A stretch of DNA of 64,000 nt from Octopus sinensis. Lineage: Eukaryota. The notes below the pieces were generated by a model. It saw only the letters and a list, made by a program, of their open reading frames with translations, searched no databases and was not told the DNA's origin. The stretch is taken from NCBI RefSeq assembly GCF_006345805.1, contig NC_042998.1:23436001-23500000 (forward strand). Reading direction: 5' to 3'. Shown in pieces: positions 37,000 to 48,789 of the stretch; position 1 is the stretch's first letter; the number at the start of each line of letters is the position of its first letter. The translations under genes were made by a program, and so were the position numbers.

Positions 37000-37453
37000 T
37001 AACTCTTTAACATTCAGATCACTTTGTCAAATGTAATGATTATATCTATTCACATTGTTTTGAATTAACCATGCATTATCTTGTAGCTTCAAGATTTTAA
37101 TGATGTGATTGTTTATTTTTAGAATGACCTTGTAGGGTAGGCGTGAAATGTAGGATATGGTCGGTTTAAGCATAACACAGGTAGAATATTTAACCCTTTA
37201 GTATTCAGATTATTTTGTCAAATGTAAGGCATATGTAATCAAATTGTTTTGAATTAATCATGCAAAAACATCGTAGCATTGAAATTTTGAGGATGTGATT
37301 GCTGATTCTTAGAATGACTTTGTAGGATAAGTATGCAAAGCCAGATCCAGCCAGTTTGAACATAGAACAGGTAGAATATTTGGGCCAGATATGACCGGTT
37401 TAAATGCTAAAGGGTTAAACCAGATATAACCAGTTTAAATGCTAAAGGATTAA
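37000..37453. mobile_element. piggyBac-like MITE (37194-37414) nested at a TTAA inside an older copy of the same family
   Basis: The inner copy is TTAA-ccctttagtattcaga...aatgctaaaggg-TTAA. The outer copy stops at ggtagaata-TTAA and resumes at 37419 with accagatataaccagtttaaatgctaaaggattaa. Confidence 0.8.
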
Positions 37454-37605
37454 CTACTCTCCATCTTGCTATAAATAGGTACCATCAGGAGGTACAGTTT
37501 AATTCAATACTCACTATAATTTTCAGAAATTCTGTTATTTCTACAATACTTCTCATTATGTTTCAGTATCTGCATAGTATTTGTTATTTAGCTGTAATGC
37601 CAAAT

Positions 37606-37607
37606 GA

Positions 37608-37669
<62 letters not shown>

Positions 37670-37812
37670 TGTGTGTTTGTGTGTCTGTTTATATATATAT
37701 GTATGTATATACACTTGTGTGTATATATATATACACACACGCATATATATATATATATATACACACACACATATATATCTATACACACACACACACTCAT
37801 ATGTATATCTAT

Positions 37813-37853
<41 letters not shown>

Positions 37854-37880
37854 TGTATAGGCACATATGTATATATATAG
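37606..37880. repeat. Compound (TG)n/(TA)n/(CA)n microsatellite; others at about 20185-20275, 21985-22215, 31380-31475 (AG), 48520-48620 (CAT), 55298-55515 (TA/CA) and 59608-59712 (AAT)
   Basis: Direct reading. Confidence 0.95.
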
Positions 37881-37929
37881 AAACTTATGTGTATGTCTTC
37901 AGCATTTTAGTTACGGTACTAGAATAGGA

Positions 37930-38365
37930 CACTTGAACAGCTGGCCAACTATAAGCTTTCCACACTTGACTTTCACCATTGTGATTCAACAAAGTGTACA
38001 ATAGCAGCTGCAGGTTAAGTAGAATTAGGTATTTATTCTGAAGGTCACGGCACAGTATCTGATATGACACAGAAAATAAGCCACACCACAACTTACTATG
38101 AGCCAAATAGTAAAGCCTAGATTTTGGTTATTATTCCTCCCTTTCATAAAATGGTGTATCTTCAGTGTACCAGACCCTCCTGCTCCATACTTCTTGTATG
38201 AACTTCCTTGTGCCTTACTTACCTGTTCATTCTCACATTCTGTTTTAACTCACCTGTTAAACATATTTTCCAAGATCTTCATCCTGGGAACAGTATTCTT
38301 GTGGAACTCCTTACCTATCCCTATTTGCCCTCCGTTCACTCAACTGCAGTGTTTCAACCCCTGCA
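37930..38365 (+). mobile_element. Decayed 3' end of a CR1/Jockey-like LINE ORF2
   Basis: ORF 38098-38388 ends FSKIFILGTVFLWNSLPIPICPPFTQLQCF, matching the F..RT..LWNSLP...FP C-terminal motif of these LINEs. Confidence 0.6.
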
Positions 38366-38386
38366 CTATTTCCATTAGCTATGTCT

Positions 38387-38491
38387 AATGATAAAAAGAA
38401 AAAGCCAATTTCGAAGTACCAAAAAGTGAAATTGTTGAAAACACTTTGACTTAACAAGCCAGTTATCCCTATGGTAACTTTTGGCAGACAC
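38387..38491 (-). pseudogene. Decayed fragment of nuclear 28S rRNA, domain V (peptidyl-transferase region)
   Basis: The minus strand of 38454-38482, aaaagttaccatagggataactggcttgt, matches my recalled 28S sequence aaaagttaccacagggataactggcttgt at 28/29. It continues as aagtgtt...tcactttttggtacttcga..ttggct...tatcatt versus aagcgtt...tcgctttttgatccttcgatgtcggct..tatcatt. Confidence 0.8.
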
Positions 38492-40760
38492 ATAGATCAT
38501 TGCTATTCAAAACAGTTCCAAGCCATTGCAGATGAAAAATTCTAAATCCTTTTATTAATTGCCTATTTTTATCTTCCATTAGTTATCTAGTTTTTTTTCA
38601 TTGTTATATTAGTAAAGTATGAAGGTAGCAAGGTGGCAGAATCATTAGCAGACTGGACAAAATGCTTAGCAACATTTCTTCAATCCTTACATTCCAAGTT
38701 CAAGTTACAACAAAGTCAGCTTTGCCTTTCATCCTTTCAGGGTTGATAAAATAAGTGCTATTTGAGATTTGAGCACTGGGGTTGATCTAACTGACTAACA
38801 ACAACCACCTCCAAAATTTCCAGCCTTGCACCTATAGTAGAAAAAATTACATTAATAAAGTATTAACAAGTACTAAGAAGATTGAATTGTGTTTTTTACT
38901 AATTAACCTCATTTGTAAAATATCTTCATTAAAGAAATAAGATGTAAACATATTTTCTGTAACATGTGTTTGCATTTTACTCTCCTATTTCTCGAATCAC
39001 ATTGGAAAAATACTTGTTTACTGAAATAGCTTTGAAAACACATTCCCTATAAATAATTAAGGCATAATTAATTTAGGCTTGTTCTCAGTATTATTTAATT
39101 TATACTATATCTAAGAGTGAACTTCTATATTCAGTTCACAATGAGTGCATTTCGATTCAATTTTTCCTTCCTTGCACTGTCTTTTCTTTGCTTCTCCATG
39201 CTTAAAAATGTTTTTAATACATAACAAATTGTAAATAATCAAACTATTTCTTTTCTTCAACTGTGGATTTATGATATAGAGATTTTCCTTCCTTAAAGGA
39301 TATATATTTATATGGGAAATTTACAGGTGTATTAACTTTAGGCTTTACTATTTTTATGATTTTTTAGTAAATTGTTTTTGGCAGGCTGGTCAAAACTACT
39401 TATATCAAATAAAACTATTTATAGCTGGAGAACATCTAACGATTTTCAAATCAATACTAATAGATTTCTTGTAGAATGAAAACAAAGTGTAGACCCATCT
39501 CCTTCATTATCAGAAATAGTTCAATGTTTCTTATGTTTACAAATCAGTACAAATAGATCAATTAATATCTAATAGTTATAAAATAGTTGCTTTGATCAGT
39601 TTTCATAAATATTTAGTAATCCTTTTCCTAGTATTGTAGAGTTTGGGAAGTTAATACAACATGATTATCAAAACTGAAATTAACAGGATAAATGAACAGT
39701 GTAAAACGATTAATTAATTTATACAAGTGCCACATGTGTCATCCACAGACAATTACTTAGGAATTCACATTACAGAAACACAACCATATTGATTCGTTTC
39801 TTAGGTAGGCTTCACATTTTTAGGGGAAATATAATTACGTGATAGATACTCTTTCTGAACAGATTTCGAGAAGGAAATGGAATTAAATTGGCTCCAACTG
39901 GGAACTGAAATCAGATTGCAGACTTGGTTCACCAGGATCTTTAAAACAATTATCACAATATCTCTAATGTTCACAACACATCACTATACTAACACAGATG
40001 CCTCCCCACCTGTGCATTACAGCTGATTTCTTCAATACCTATCTGTTCTCCCTCACCTTACTTTTATTTCACCTTTCATAAAGGTTAACATTACATGTCT
40101 AACTGATCATATTCACTTTACTTCTCTCCAGTTCTGAACATCTACAATCAATACCTATAGCTCACTATCATATAGTATCCCACTACTTGCAATCACCTCA
40201 TACAATTTTCCTATATAGTTGATATTATTTAGCCCCAGGTTAGCTCTGATCTACCAGACCTATGATCATGGGCATTCCAGCTTTGACTGTCTCATGCATA
40301 TATTTTCTTGCAGTGTACCTAGGATTACATAACCTTTGTGCTTCTCCTTTTTAAGATGGCATTGCAATATGAGAGATATTTTGCTACTCTTTCTAGCATG
40401 TCTAATGGTTATGTAGATGTTCCCTCATTGGTTCAAACATTTTTGCTGTTAACAGAAGCCAGAAATATCTAATCTTTACTTTAAATACTACACTTAAGTA
40501 AAAGAGACTAGTAAGTATGTCTAGTGCAGTATCTGAACAATTTGTTACCTTCATTTCATGGGCTCTTCTACAGGTAATTACTCCATGTGAAAACATCTGG
40601 CCTAATGTTTATTTAAGATGTTGCACTCATGGTAGCTAGATTGTGTGTTCAAATCCCAGACCAGGCAAAACAATTCATCTCATGCTACTTCGCAAGTGGG
40701 TGAGTGGTAGAATTGCTGACGCATTGACAGAAATGCTTTACGGTATATCTTTCAGCTTAA

Positions 40761-40991
40761 GGCGGTGTACTGGCAGAAACGTTAACACGCTGGGCAAAAT
40801 GCTTAACGGTATTTCGTCTGCCGCTACGTTCTGAGTTCAAATTCCGCTGAGGTTGACTTTGCCTTTCATCCTTTCGGGGTCGATTAAATAAGTACCAGTT
40901 ACGCACTGGGGTTGATCTAATTGACTTAATCCGTTTGTCTGTCCTTCTTTGTCTTCTCTGTATTTAGCCCCTTGTGGATAGTAAAGAAATA
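40761..40991 (+). mobile_element. SINE family A monomer inserted into an older A-type head
   Basis: TSD ggtatatct(t/c)cagct-type 16-mer at 40742-40757 and 40992-41007 (one mismatch). The host resumes with ttctgagttcaaattcc. Confidence 0.9.
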
Positions 40992-42153
40992 GGTATATCT
41001 TCCAGCTCCCTGCTTTCTGAGTTCAAATTCCACCTGCTTGTTGAGAGCAGCAGGAAACCACTCCAGTATCCGTCTGAAGTTTAGTCATGGTAGCTGAAGT
41101 TCCAGTAATCTATTCAATGCTCTGCAGGGAGTGTACAGGTCCTCCTAGGTTGCATAGTGAGGACTGGAGATGGTTCACATGCACAGGACTACTCAGGGAC
41201 AGACCACCAGCAGACTACACATCTATCAGTCCTTGCTTTTCATTTTTTTTGTGTGTGTGTTTGTTAGCAATTCCATTGCGTCTCTTATGTACCTATTACT
41301 TGCACTGAGTACCCACTTAGTACCCAGCTCCTAAATTTCAAACAAGACCACTTCCTCCTACTAACTAACATAGTAACCGTTGCTATGTTGACATATCAAC
41401 CCTTTTTCAAAATTCCACCAGTTTCTGTATTTTTGAAGGTAGCTATTCTTAATTCTCTTATGACACTGAAAATGATTCTATTGATGTCAACGTTTAAATT
41501 TGATGCTGTCAGCGGTAGAATCTGTGAGTCTGTATTCAGTCTTGAGTATTACATTCTTAGAGCAAGACAATTAACTCTAGCTGTCTCTTTCACTTTATCT
41601 ATTTGGGAGATAAGGTTTTGTTTACTTTAGTTTTTCACTTGATTTTAATTTCACAGGCAGTTTACATATCTTTTGCTCAAAGCAAGATTTATCTATCATT
41701 TTTTAACACAATAGAAGGTGAAGATAAGTTTAAAATATGAATAGACTGGAAAATCTTGTCATTAAAATAGATTGGAAAAATCATGTTTAAACCCTCTTAA
41801 ATCTCATTTACGTCAAACTTTTAAATTTTCAGTTTTATCAATAATGACTCGATCTAAAAATAATTAAATTATGTAACCTATAAATAATTATTTTTACATT
41901 TTATCTTTTAAGAATGCACCTGAGATTTTATGACCAAAAATTTCAAAGTTCATGACATTGAATTCCCCTCCTCCTCCACTCCACTTGAATGGTAACAAGC
42001 GTGTGTTTACTTAGAAATATAAGTTAAATTCTTGGAGAGAGAGATAGATAGTCTTTGAGTTCCCAGAAGTATGCAAGTCTAAGTATAATAGAGAAGCCAA
42101 ACTGTTTCCTTCAAGTTTTATGAAAGTATTTATGCGTATGTATATTTATCAAT

Positions 42154-42468
42154 GTGGAGGCGCAATGGCCCAGTGGTTAGGGCAGCAGACTCGCAGTCGG
42201 AGGAACACGGTTTTGATTCCCAGACCAGGCGTTGTGTGTGTTTATTGAGCAAAAACACCTAAAAGCGCTATGAGGCTCTGGCAGGGGGTGGTGGCAACCC
42301 CTGTTCTTCTCTTTCACCACAACTTTCTCTCACTCTCTCTTCCTGTTTCTTGAGTAACGCTGCAATGGACTGGCATCCCGTCCTGCTAGGGGAACACATA
42401 CACCACAGAAACCGGGAAATTGGGCCCATGAGCCTGGCTAGGCTTGAAAAAGGCGACGTTTTTATTGT
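42154..42468 (+). mobile_element. SINE family C, tail type 4 with V-domain-like motif, 13-bp TSD
   Basis: TSD tatatttatcaat at 42141-42153 and 42469-42481. Motif gctgcaatggactggcatcccgtcc. Confidence 0.9.
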
Positions 42469-42708
42469 TATATTTATCAATACAGGTTTTTATTTATATA
42501 AAACAAACATAAGCTGAGCCACTAAGCTTGTGGTGAATATTAGAAGTCACTGCTACCTTTTCAAAAATAAAGAAGCTTATGTATATAGAACAGATGTGAC
42601 TAATATAATTGTATGGTGGAAGAACAGATAGAGTAGAAAAGGAAGAGATATGATTCAGTGATTGAAGATAGTTTGTGACAGCTGGAATATGTCTTTTTTG
42701 TGGGAGGT

Positions 42709-43085
42709 TCTTTTTGCACTTGTTTCAGTCATTAAACTGTGGCCATGCTGGGGCACTGCCTTGAGGAATTTTAGCTGCATGAATCGACCCCAGTGCTTTC
42801 ATTTTTGTTAAACCTGGTGCTTATTCTATTGGTCACTTTTGCCCAACTGCTAAGTTACAGGGATGGTAACACACCAACACCAGTTGACATGCAGTGATGG
42901 TGGGGACAAAGACACATGCACAAACACATGATGGGCTTCTTTCAGTTTCCATCTACCAAATATACTCACAAGGCTTTGGTCGGCCCAAGGCTATAGTAGA
43001 AGACACTTGCGCAAGGTGCCATGCTGTGGAACTGAACCCAGAACCATGCGGTTGGTAAGCAAGCTACTTACCACACAGCCACTCA
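42709..43085 (-). mobile_element. SINE family B
   Basis: Head, CORE-like segment and tail as in the other B copies; short internal simple repeat. Confidence 0.85.
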
Positions 43086-43804
43086 TGTTTGATCATAGGT
43101 TTGCCCAATTAGAGTCAACCTTCAGTTAATTGACTACTTCAGCCACAACATAGTCATATAGACGCCAGTGAAAAAAGTTACTAAGTTATTGTGATATAGT
43201 AAAACACATTTAGTACTCTCTGTAAGGTGGTTGGTGATATGAAGGACATGCAGCTAAAGAAACTAGGCTAAAAGCAAAAATGAATTCTGAAGGAAACATC
43301 ACTTGTCACTCATTTTGGAGGGCAGGAACTTTAAATAAGAATTGATACAGACTAGAGAAGAATTAAGGTTATTATTTCTCACAACATTACAAGAGAGAAA
43401 ATATTTTTATTTCTGGAAATCCTTTGGCAATTCCTATTAATATCAAGCTTGAAAGATATTTTTTGTTTGTTTAAACTAGATGTAATTCTATTTGGTAGGC
43501 TTCCAAAATAGTTTGTCTGCTAAATCTCATTCACAAAGCAGAAGACACTTTTCCGAGATTCTCTGCCATGACTGTGAATTTCTAAACCACAATGCCATAA
43601 CAGCACCCATTTTTGCTTTCATATCTTACAGATGGCTTTAGAAAATTAAAGGTTCATTAGCTTGTTGAGAAAGGAGCCCAAACTAAGACACATATTTGAA
43701 GCTATTGACTAGAACACAAAACATTTCTCACTTTTGACAACTATAAAAAAGGTAGACTAAAGAAACTACACTATATAGGCAATATATATGTGTATGTATA
43801 TATA

Positions 43805-43860
<56 letters not shown>

Positions 43861-43900
43861 GGAATAATTACTATGAAGCATTGTGTAGAATATATTCTAC

Positions 43901-44138
43901 AAAGGATTGTGGGTAAGGCCTGAACAATGTGAAGTAAATGCAAGGCAAATCACAAGAAAATAGATATATGAATTAACGTAGACTTATTTTACATTCAATA
44001 TTTTGGGGTTATGACCCCATTTTCAAGAAACTGATGAATATTGAATGCAAGGTAAGTCTACATTAATTCATATATTTGTTTTCTTGGGATTTGCCTTGCA
44101 TTTACTTCACATTGTTCTGGCTTTACTCATGATCCTTT
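43901..44138. repeat. Inverted repeat: 102-bp arms, 34-nt structured spacer
   Basis: 43901-44002 versus the reverse complement of 44037-44138: 12 mismatches by manual alignment. Spacer contains a ggggt-tatg-acccc stem. Confidence 0.92.
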
Positions 44139-44290
44139 ATATATATATATATATGTAATCTTTATGTCCAGCTTAACAGGGATGTGTTTTTAGAACAAAT
44201 ACTACATTATTAGCCTTGAAAGATCCACTCATTTAGGTGCTTGGGGAATAAAAGAACACACTTAGATTGTAATTAGTAATAATATATTTC

Positions 44291-44323
<33 letters not shown>

Positions 44324-44367
44324 TGGATATATACATATGTGTGTGTGTGAGTCTGTACTTACATATA

Positions 44368-45282
44368 CAGGGTGTTCAAAAAGTCTCTCCGCAGTAAATA
44401 TTTTATTGGAAAATAAATATTTATAGGATGGTATAAGACTACAAAAGAATATATTTGACTTTACAAGACTTTAAAAAAACTTTATAAGAGGTGTTGAAAG
44501 TGTCGTCCTTCATTTTCAATACATAAGTTGACTCATCTATATATGTTTTGAAATACAACTTGGAGAGTGTGACGCACTATGGACCATGTCAAGGTTATGA
44601 TTGCGTCTTTTAGCTCATTAATGGTTTTCAAGTGATTCTTGTACACTGATCCTTTACTTGCTCCCCAGACAAAAAAAGTCTGGCGGTCTTAAATCAGGTG
44701 ATCTTGGTGACCAAAGTCCTTTCGAAATAATCCGTTCACCAAAAAACCCTTGAAGTAGCGCTATGGTGATGCACAAAGTATGTGCTGTAGCTCCATCTTG
44801 CTGAAAGTATGCATTATTACTTTCACTTTCAGTGAGTTGGCCTACAAATGGATAGACAATATTTGAGCAATATCCCTCAGTGTTGATGGTGTCTCCAAAA
44901 AATATCAGTCCCACAATACGCTTTCTTGAAATTGCTATCCATACTCCAACTTTTATGGGATGCAGATGTTGCTCATACATCACGTGTGGATTCTCAATGC
45001 TCCATAACCTTGTGTTTTTCAAATTTATGTGTCCCAACAGATAAAAACCAAGTCTCATCGGCGTAAAAAGACCCATCCAGCACTTCTATGCCTTTTTCGG
45101 CAACAAAGTTTTGGAACCAATAACAATAATGAAGCCTTTTAGCATGATCCATAGTCTTCAATTCTTGAATGGCCAGCACTTTGTATGGAAAGAAATTTTC
45201 CTTTTTTTATTGCCATGCGAGCACTTTCCAGGCATCCACTGGATGAAAAAATTTACTGCGGAGAAACTTTTTGAACACCCTG
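44368..45282 (-). mobile_element. Non-autonomous rosa/Visitor-like Tc1-mariner element with frameshifted catalytic domain
   Basis: 32-bp TIRs cagggtgttcaaaaagt(c/t)tctccgcagtaaat with one mismatch, TA on the left. ORFs give FYADETWF (first D), FQQDGATAH and RSPDLRPPDF. The HTH region is missing. Confidence 0.9.
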
Positions 45283-45371
45283 TGTGTGTGTGTGTATAAT
45301 ATATATATATATGCATGCACATATATGTTTATATGTATGTATATAGACATGCATGTGCATGCACACACATG

Positions 45372-45404
<33 letters not shown>

Positions 45405-46007
45405 AGAGTTTTCTTCCTTACTGCTGCTGCTGCTGATGTTGATGATGGTGATGAATTATTTTATATAAGTTAGATTTAGAACGTTTCCTTTTTTTTTTTC
45501 AGAATTTCTGTATTTTTATTCAATACTTTCAATCAAAATTCCACTGAGATAAGAATTGTGAATTTCCATAATGAATTTAACAATAAGAGTTTTCGTTTTA
45601 ACACTTAAAATGAAACTATAACTGAAGCTGTCATCAATGAATGATGTATAGCTAGAGGACATTATTGATAATTTCATTGTGGTGCGTTGTAGAATATATA
45701 CATTTGTGCAATGAGACAATAGCAATGGCGATATTATTTGAGTTTCCAGATTTTATAAATAGATGATATTAATAGATTTGGAGGTGGAGGTTGAAAAACT
45801 GGAGAATATGAAGAGTGAGAGAGGAAGGGTGAGTTAGAGAAAGAGAGGTGGGAAGGAGAGAGAGAGAGGTAAAGTGCAAGGAGAAAAATTAAGAGAAATG
45901 GAGGGGAATTTTTTTTTTTTATACTGTTTAAAGAAATATTTTTTCAGTTCATTTTTAGTCTTGCAATTTTGCTTTTTAGTTTATATTTGTCACATTAGTA
46001 AACAATA

Positions 46008-46435
46008 GGCACAGGAGCATCAATGTGGTAAGTAGCTTGCTTACGAAGTACATGGTTCCTAGTTCAGTCCCACTGCATGGCAACTTGGGCAAGTGTCTTC
46101 TACTGGAGCTTCAGGCCGACCAAAGCTTTGTGAGTGAATTTGGTAGAAGGAAACTGAAAGAAGCCCATCATATATATATATATATTTATATATATATATA
46201 TATATATGTATGTGTATATGTTTGTGTGTCTGTGTTTGTCCCATCACCATCGCTTGACAACTGATGTTGGTGTGTTTACATCCCTGTAACCTAGCGGTTC
46301 AGTAAAAGAGATCAATAGAATAAGTACTAGGTTTACAAAGAATAAGTCCTAGGGTCGATTTGCTTGAGTAAAGGCAGTGCTCCAGCATGGTCACAGTCAA
46401 ATGACTGAAACAAGTAAAAGAGAGAGTAAAAGAGT
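46008..46435 (+). mobile_element. SINE family B with internal (TA)/(TG)
   Basis: Head ggcacaggagcatcaatgtggtaagtagc to tail aaagagagtaaaagag. Confidence 0.85.
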
Positions 46436-47682
46436 AAGTGCAATAGTTTTTTTTTATAGTTTTCTCACTAGTGTTATTCATTCTTCATTAATTGATATGC
46501 AAAGGCAAAAATTATACACACACACACATACACATACACGTCATCATCATCATCATTTAACGTTTTTCCATGCTGGCAGTGGTGAAATGATTTGTCAGGA
46601 ACTGAGAGCCAGAAAACTACATCAAAGCTCTAATGTCTGCTTTGGTATGGATGCCACAGCTGGATGCCATTCCTAATGCCAACCACTTTACTGAGTGTAC
46701 TGGGTGCTTTTTTTTTCCATTGCCCAACTCTTAGTAGTAAACATGTGTGTAGATATAGAAAATGTGTATGACAAACGAATAAAAAATTGTTATGAACTTC
46801 ATTAGCTTACAGCCGTTTCTACTATACAATGCAATACACTCATAGGTGAATGCTTGTGTATCACTCAATAACTTCATCAGAGATTTAGGGCTTCCACTCA
46901 GTTTCTACTTACAACAAATTAGTCAGTCTGAAGCAAGAGTTATGCAAGTCATTTCTTTGGTAGGAAGCACTTACTGAAGATGTCTTTTCATGGGAATGAA
47001 TCACTCAAATGAATCACATGTGGCTCTGAAGCAAACTTTAATCAAAACAGCCAAGCTTAGTTTTTGATTCTGTATTGATTTCTTTTTCTTTTTTTTTTTT
47101 TTTCACACTTGAATAAAGCCTTGAATTTTATAGGGGAGAAACGTAGTGCCCTCTGATAACAAACTCAACTTTGGTAGGGCTTACATGTTAAGAGTGTAAA
47201 GAAAAAGAACACTGCAAGGCAATTTGTCTGAAACTAATGATTCTGCTAATCCACCATCTTATGTTAGTCTTTGTGTATTCATTCTACTAATTCTTAAAAA
47301 TATACTTTCTACACTTTTCTATACTCAGATATTAAGTGCTTTTTACACAAGATTATGTCTATTTTATTGTATCATCCTACCTACCACTGTTATACCTCTA
47401 GTTTCTTACAGATACATATTTTTATCAAACTTGGTAACCTACAAAAATATGATACTTTCTTGTGTGATTTAAAATCATATCAGTGCTAGATAGCACAAAA
47501 CATCTTTGTTTAGTTGCCTCTCATCCTTATCAAGTTGATCATTTATACAAAAAGTAAGGTAAGTCACATCTTCCTCAGAATGTAGAATTAAGCTGCATCC
47601 TTCTCATCCCCTTTTTAATAATTTGGTTCGGAGGAAGAAAAGCAACATTTATGACATTTTACAAAGCGTCCTTGACTAGTTG

Positions 47683-47990
47683 TAGTTGTTTTTGTTCCTT
47701 CTCGAGCCACACATGGCTCATAAGGGCTGGTTTCCCAGTTTCTTGCCATATAGGTTCCCCACCTGGATGGGACGCCAGGACATCGCAGGTGAGTTGCAAG
47801 ATACAGGAGGAAAGTGTGAGAGAAAGTTGTGGCGAAGAGTCAGCATAAGTTTCACCATTACCTTCTACCGGAGCCGCGTGGAGCTTACGTGTTTTGCTCA
47901 TAAACATACACACCACCCGGTCTGAGATTCAAACCCACGATCCCTCGACTGCGAGTCCGCTGCTCTAACCACTAGGCCATGTGTCTCCAC
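47683..47990 (-). mobile_element. SINE family C, tail type 3, 12-bp TSD
   Basis: TSD cttgactagttg at 47671-47682 and 47992-48003. Same tail as 26409-26718. Confidence 0.9.
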
Positions 47991-48563
47991 TCTTGACTAG
48001 TTGGATAAAGGGAAGCAGATATAATCAAACAGAGGATCTGGCTCAAATGCTTGCAACAGAATGAACTCCACGAGAGACATTCAAAGGCCACATGGTGGTA
48101 TTAGACTAGGTGAGAGATACTCTTGAACAAGAAATTATAATCTGTTAGAATTATGTATGAGCTAAGACATTTCTATTGTGCAAAATGTCTTTTGGGACAG
48201 CTATATTTTAATCAGCGAGTGTTCCAGTCACATCATGTTTTAATTTATTGATTAAGAATGCTATTTGCAATTCACCCTCATTAACCTTTTCACAGTTTAT
48301 GAGTGCACGTTTCCTTATCATCAATGTCAATGAAAGGGAAAAAAAACAAGCAAAGAAAAAGAATAAAAAAGAACAAAAGTAATCATTTGCAAGCAACACA
48401 TGCTATCAGTAAGACACCTATTTGGGAATTTAGAACTTTGATAGTGTCACACAATTCTTTATCTATATCTTTTACAATATAGTTAGTGCTTATGTAGGTT
48501 ATTTACACTGGTATTTTCATCATCATCATGATTGTCATGATCACCATCGTTGTCATCATTATC

Positions 48564-48595
<32 letters not shown>

Positions 48596-48789
48596 CGTCA
48601 TCATCATCATCACCATTGTCATAATTCTGACTGTTTTAATGCCCGTCTTTATCTTCGTATTGGATTACTTTTTCTTACACTTGTGCTAGTTTCAATCATT
48701 AGTTAACCCACCACATCTTCTGCTCTTAAATATTTCATAGTAATTTAACCTTCTCCAAAGTTATCATCCTCAGTAAGTTAAATCCTCAC

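Noticed and set aside
38387-38491. Functional rRNA gene, box C/D snoRNA, or the 60-aa ORF 38311-38493 as a protein
   Set aside because: Only about 105 nt with conserved positions mutated, and no CTGA box after the antisense tract. The ORF (KVTIGITGL...) is simply a translation of rRNA-derived sequence.
47509-47565. Possible plus-strand exon (ASHPYQVDHLYKK) ending at gtaagg or gtaagt; similar weak candidates near 25200-25276, 35975-36078 and 39853-39900
   Set aside because: AG/GT pairs of this quality are expected by chance in 45 kb of AT-rich DNA. No homology was recognised and the phases do not link to the candidate first exon.
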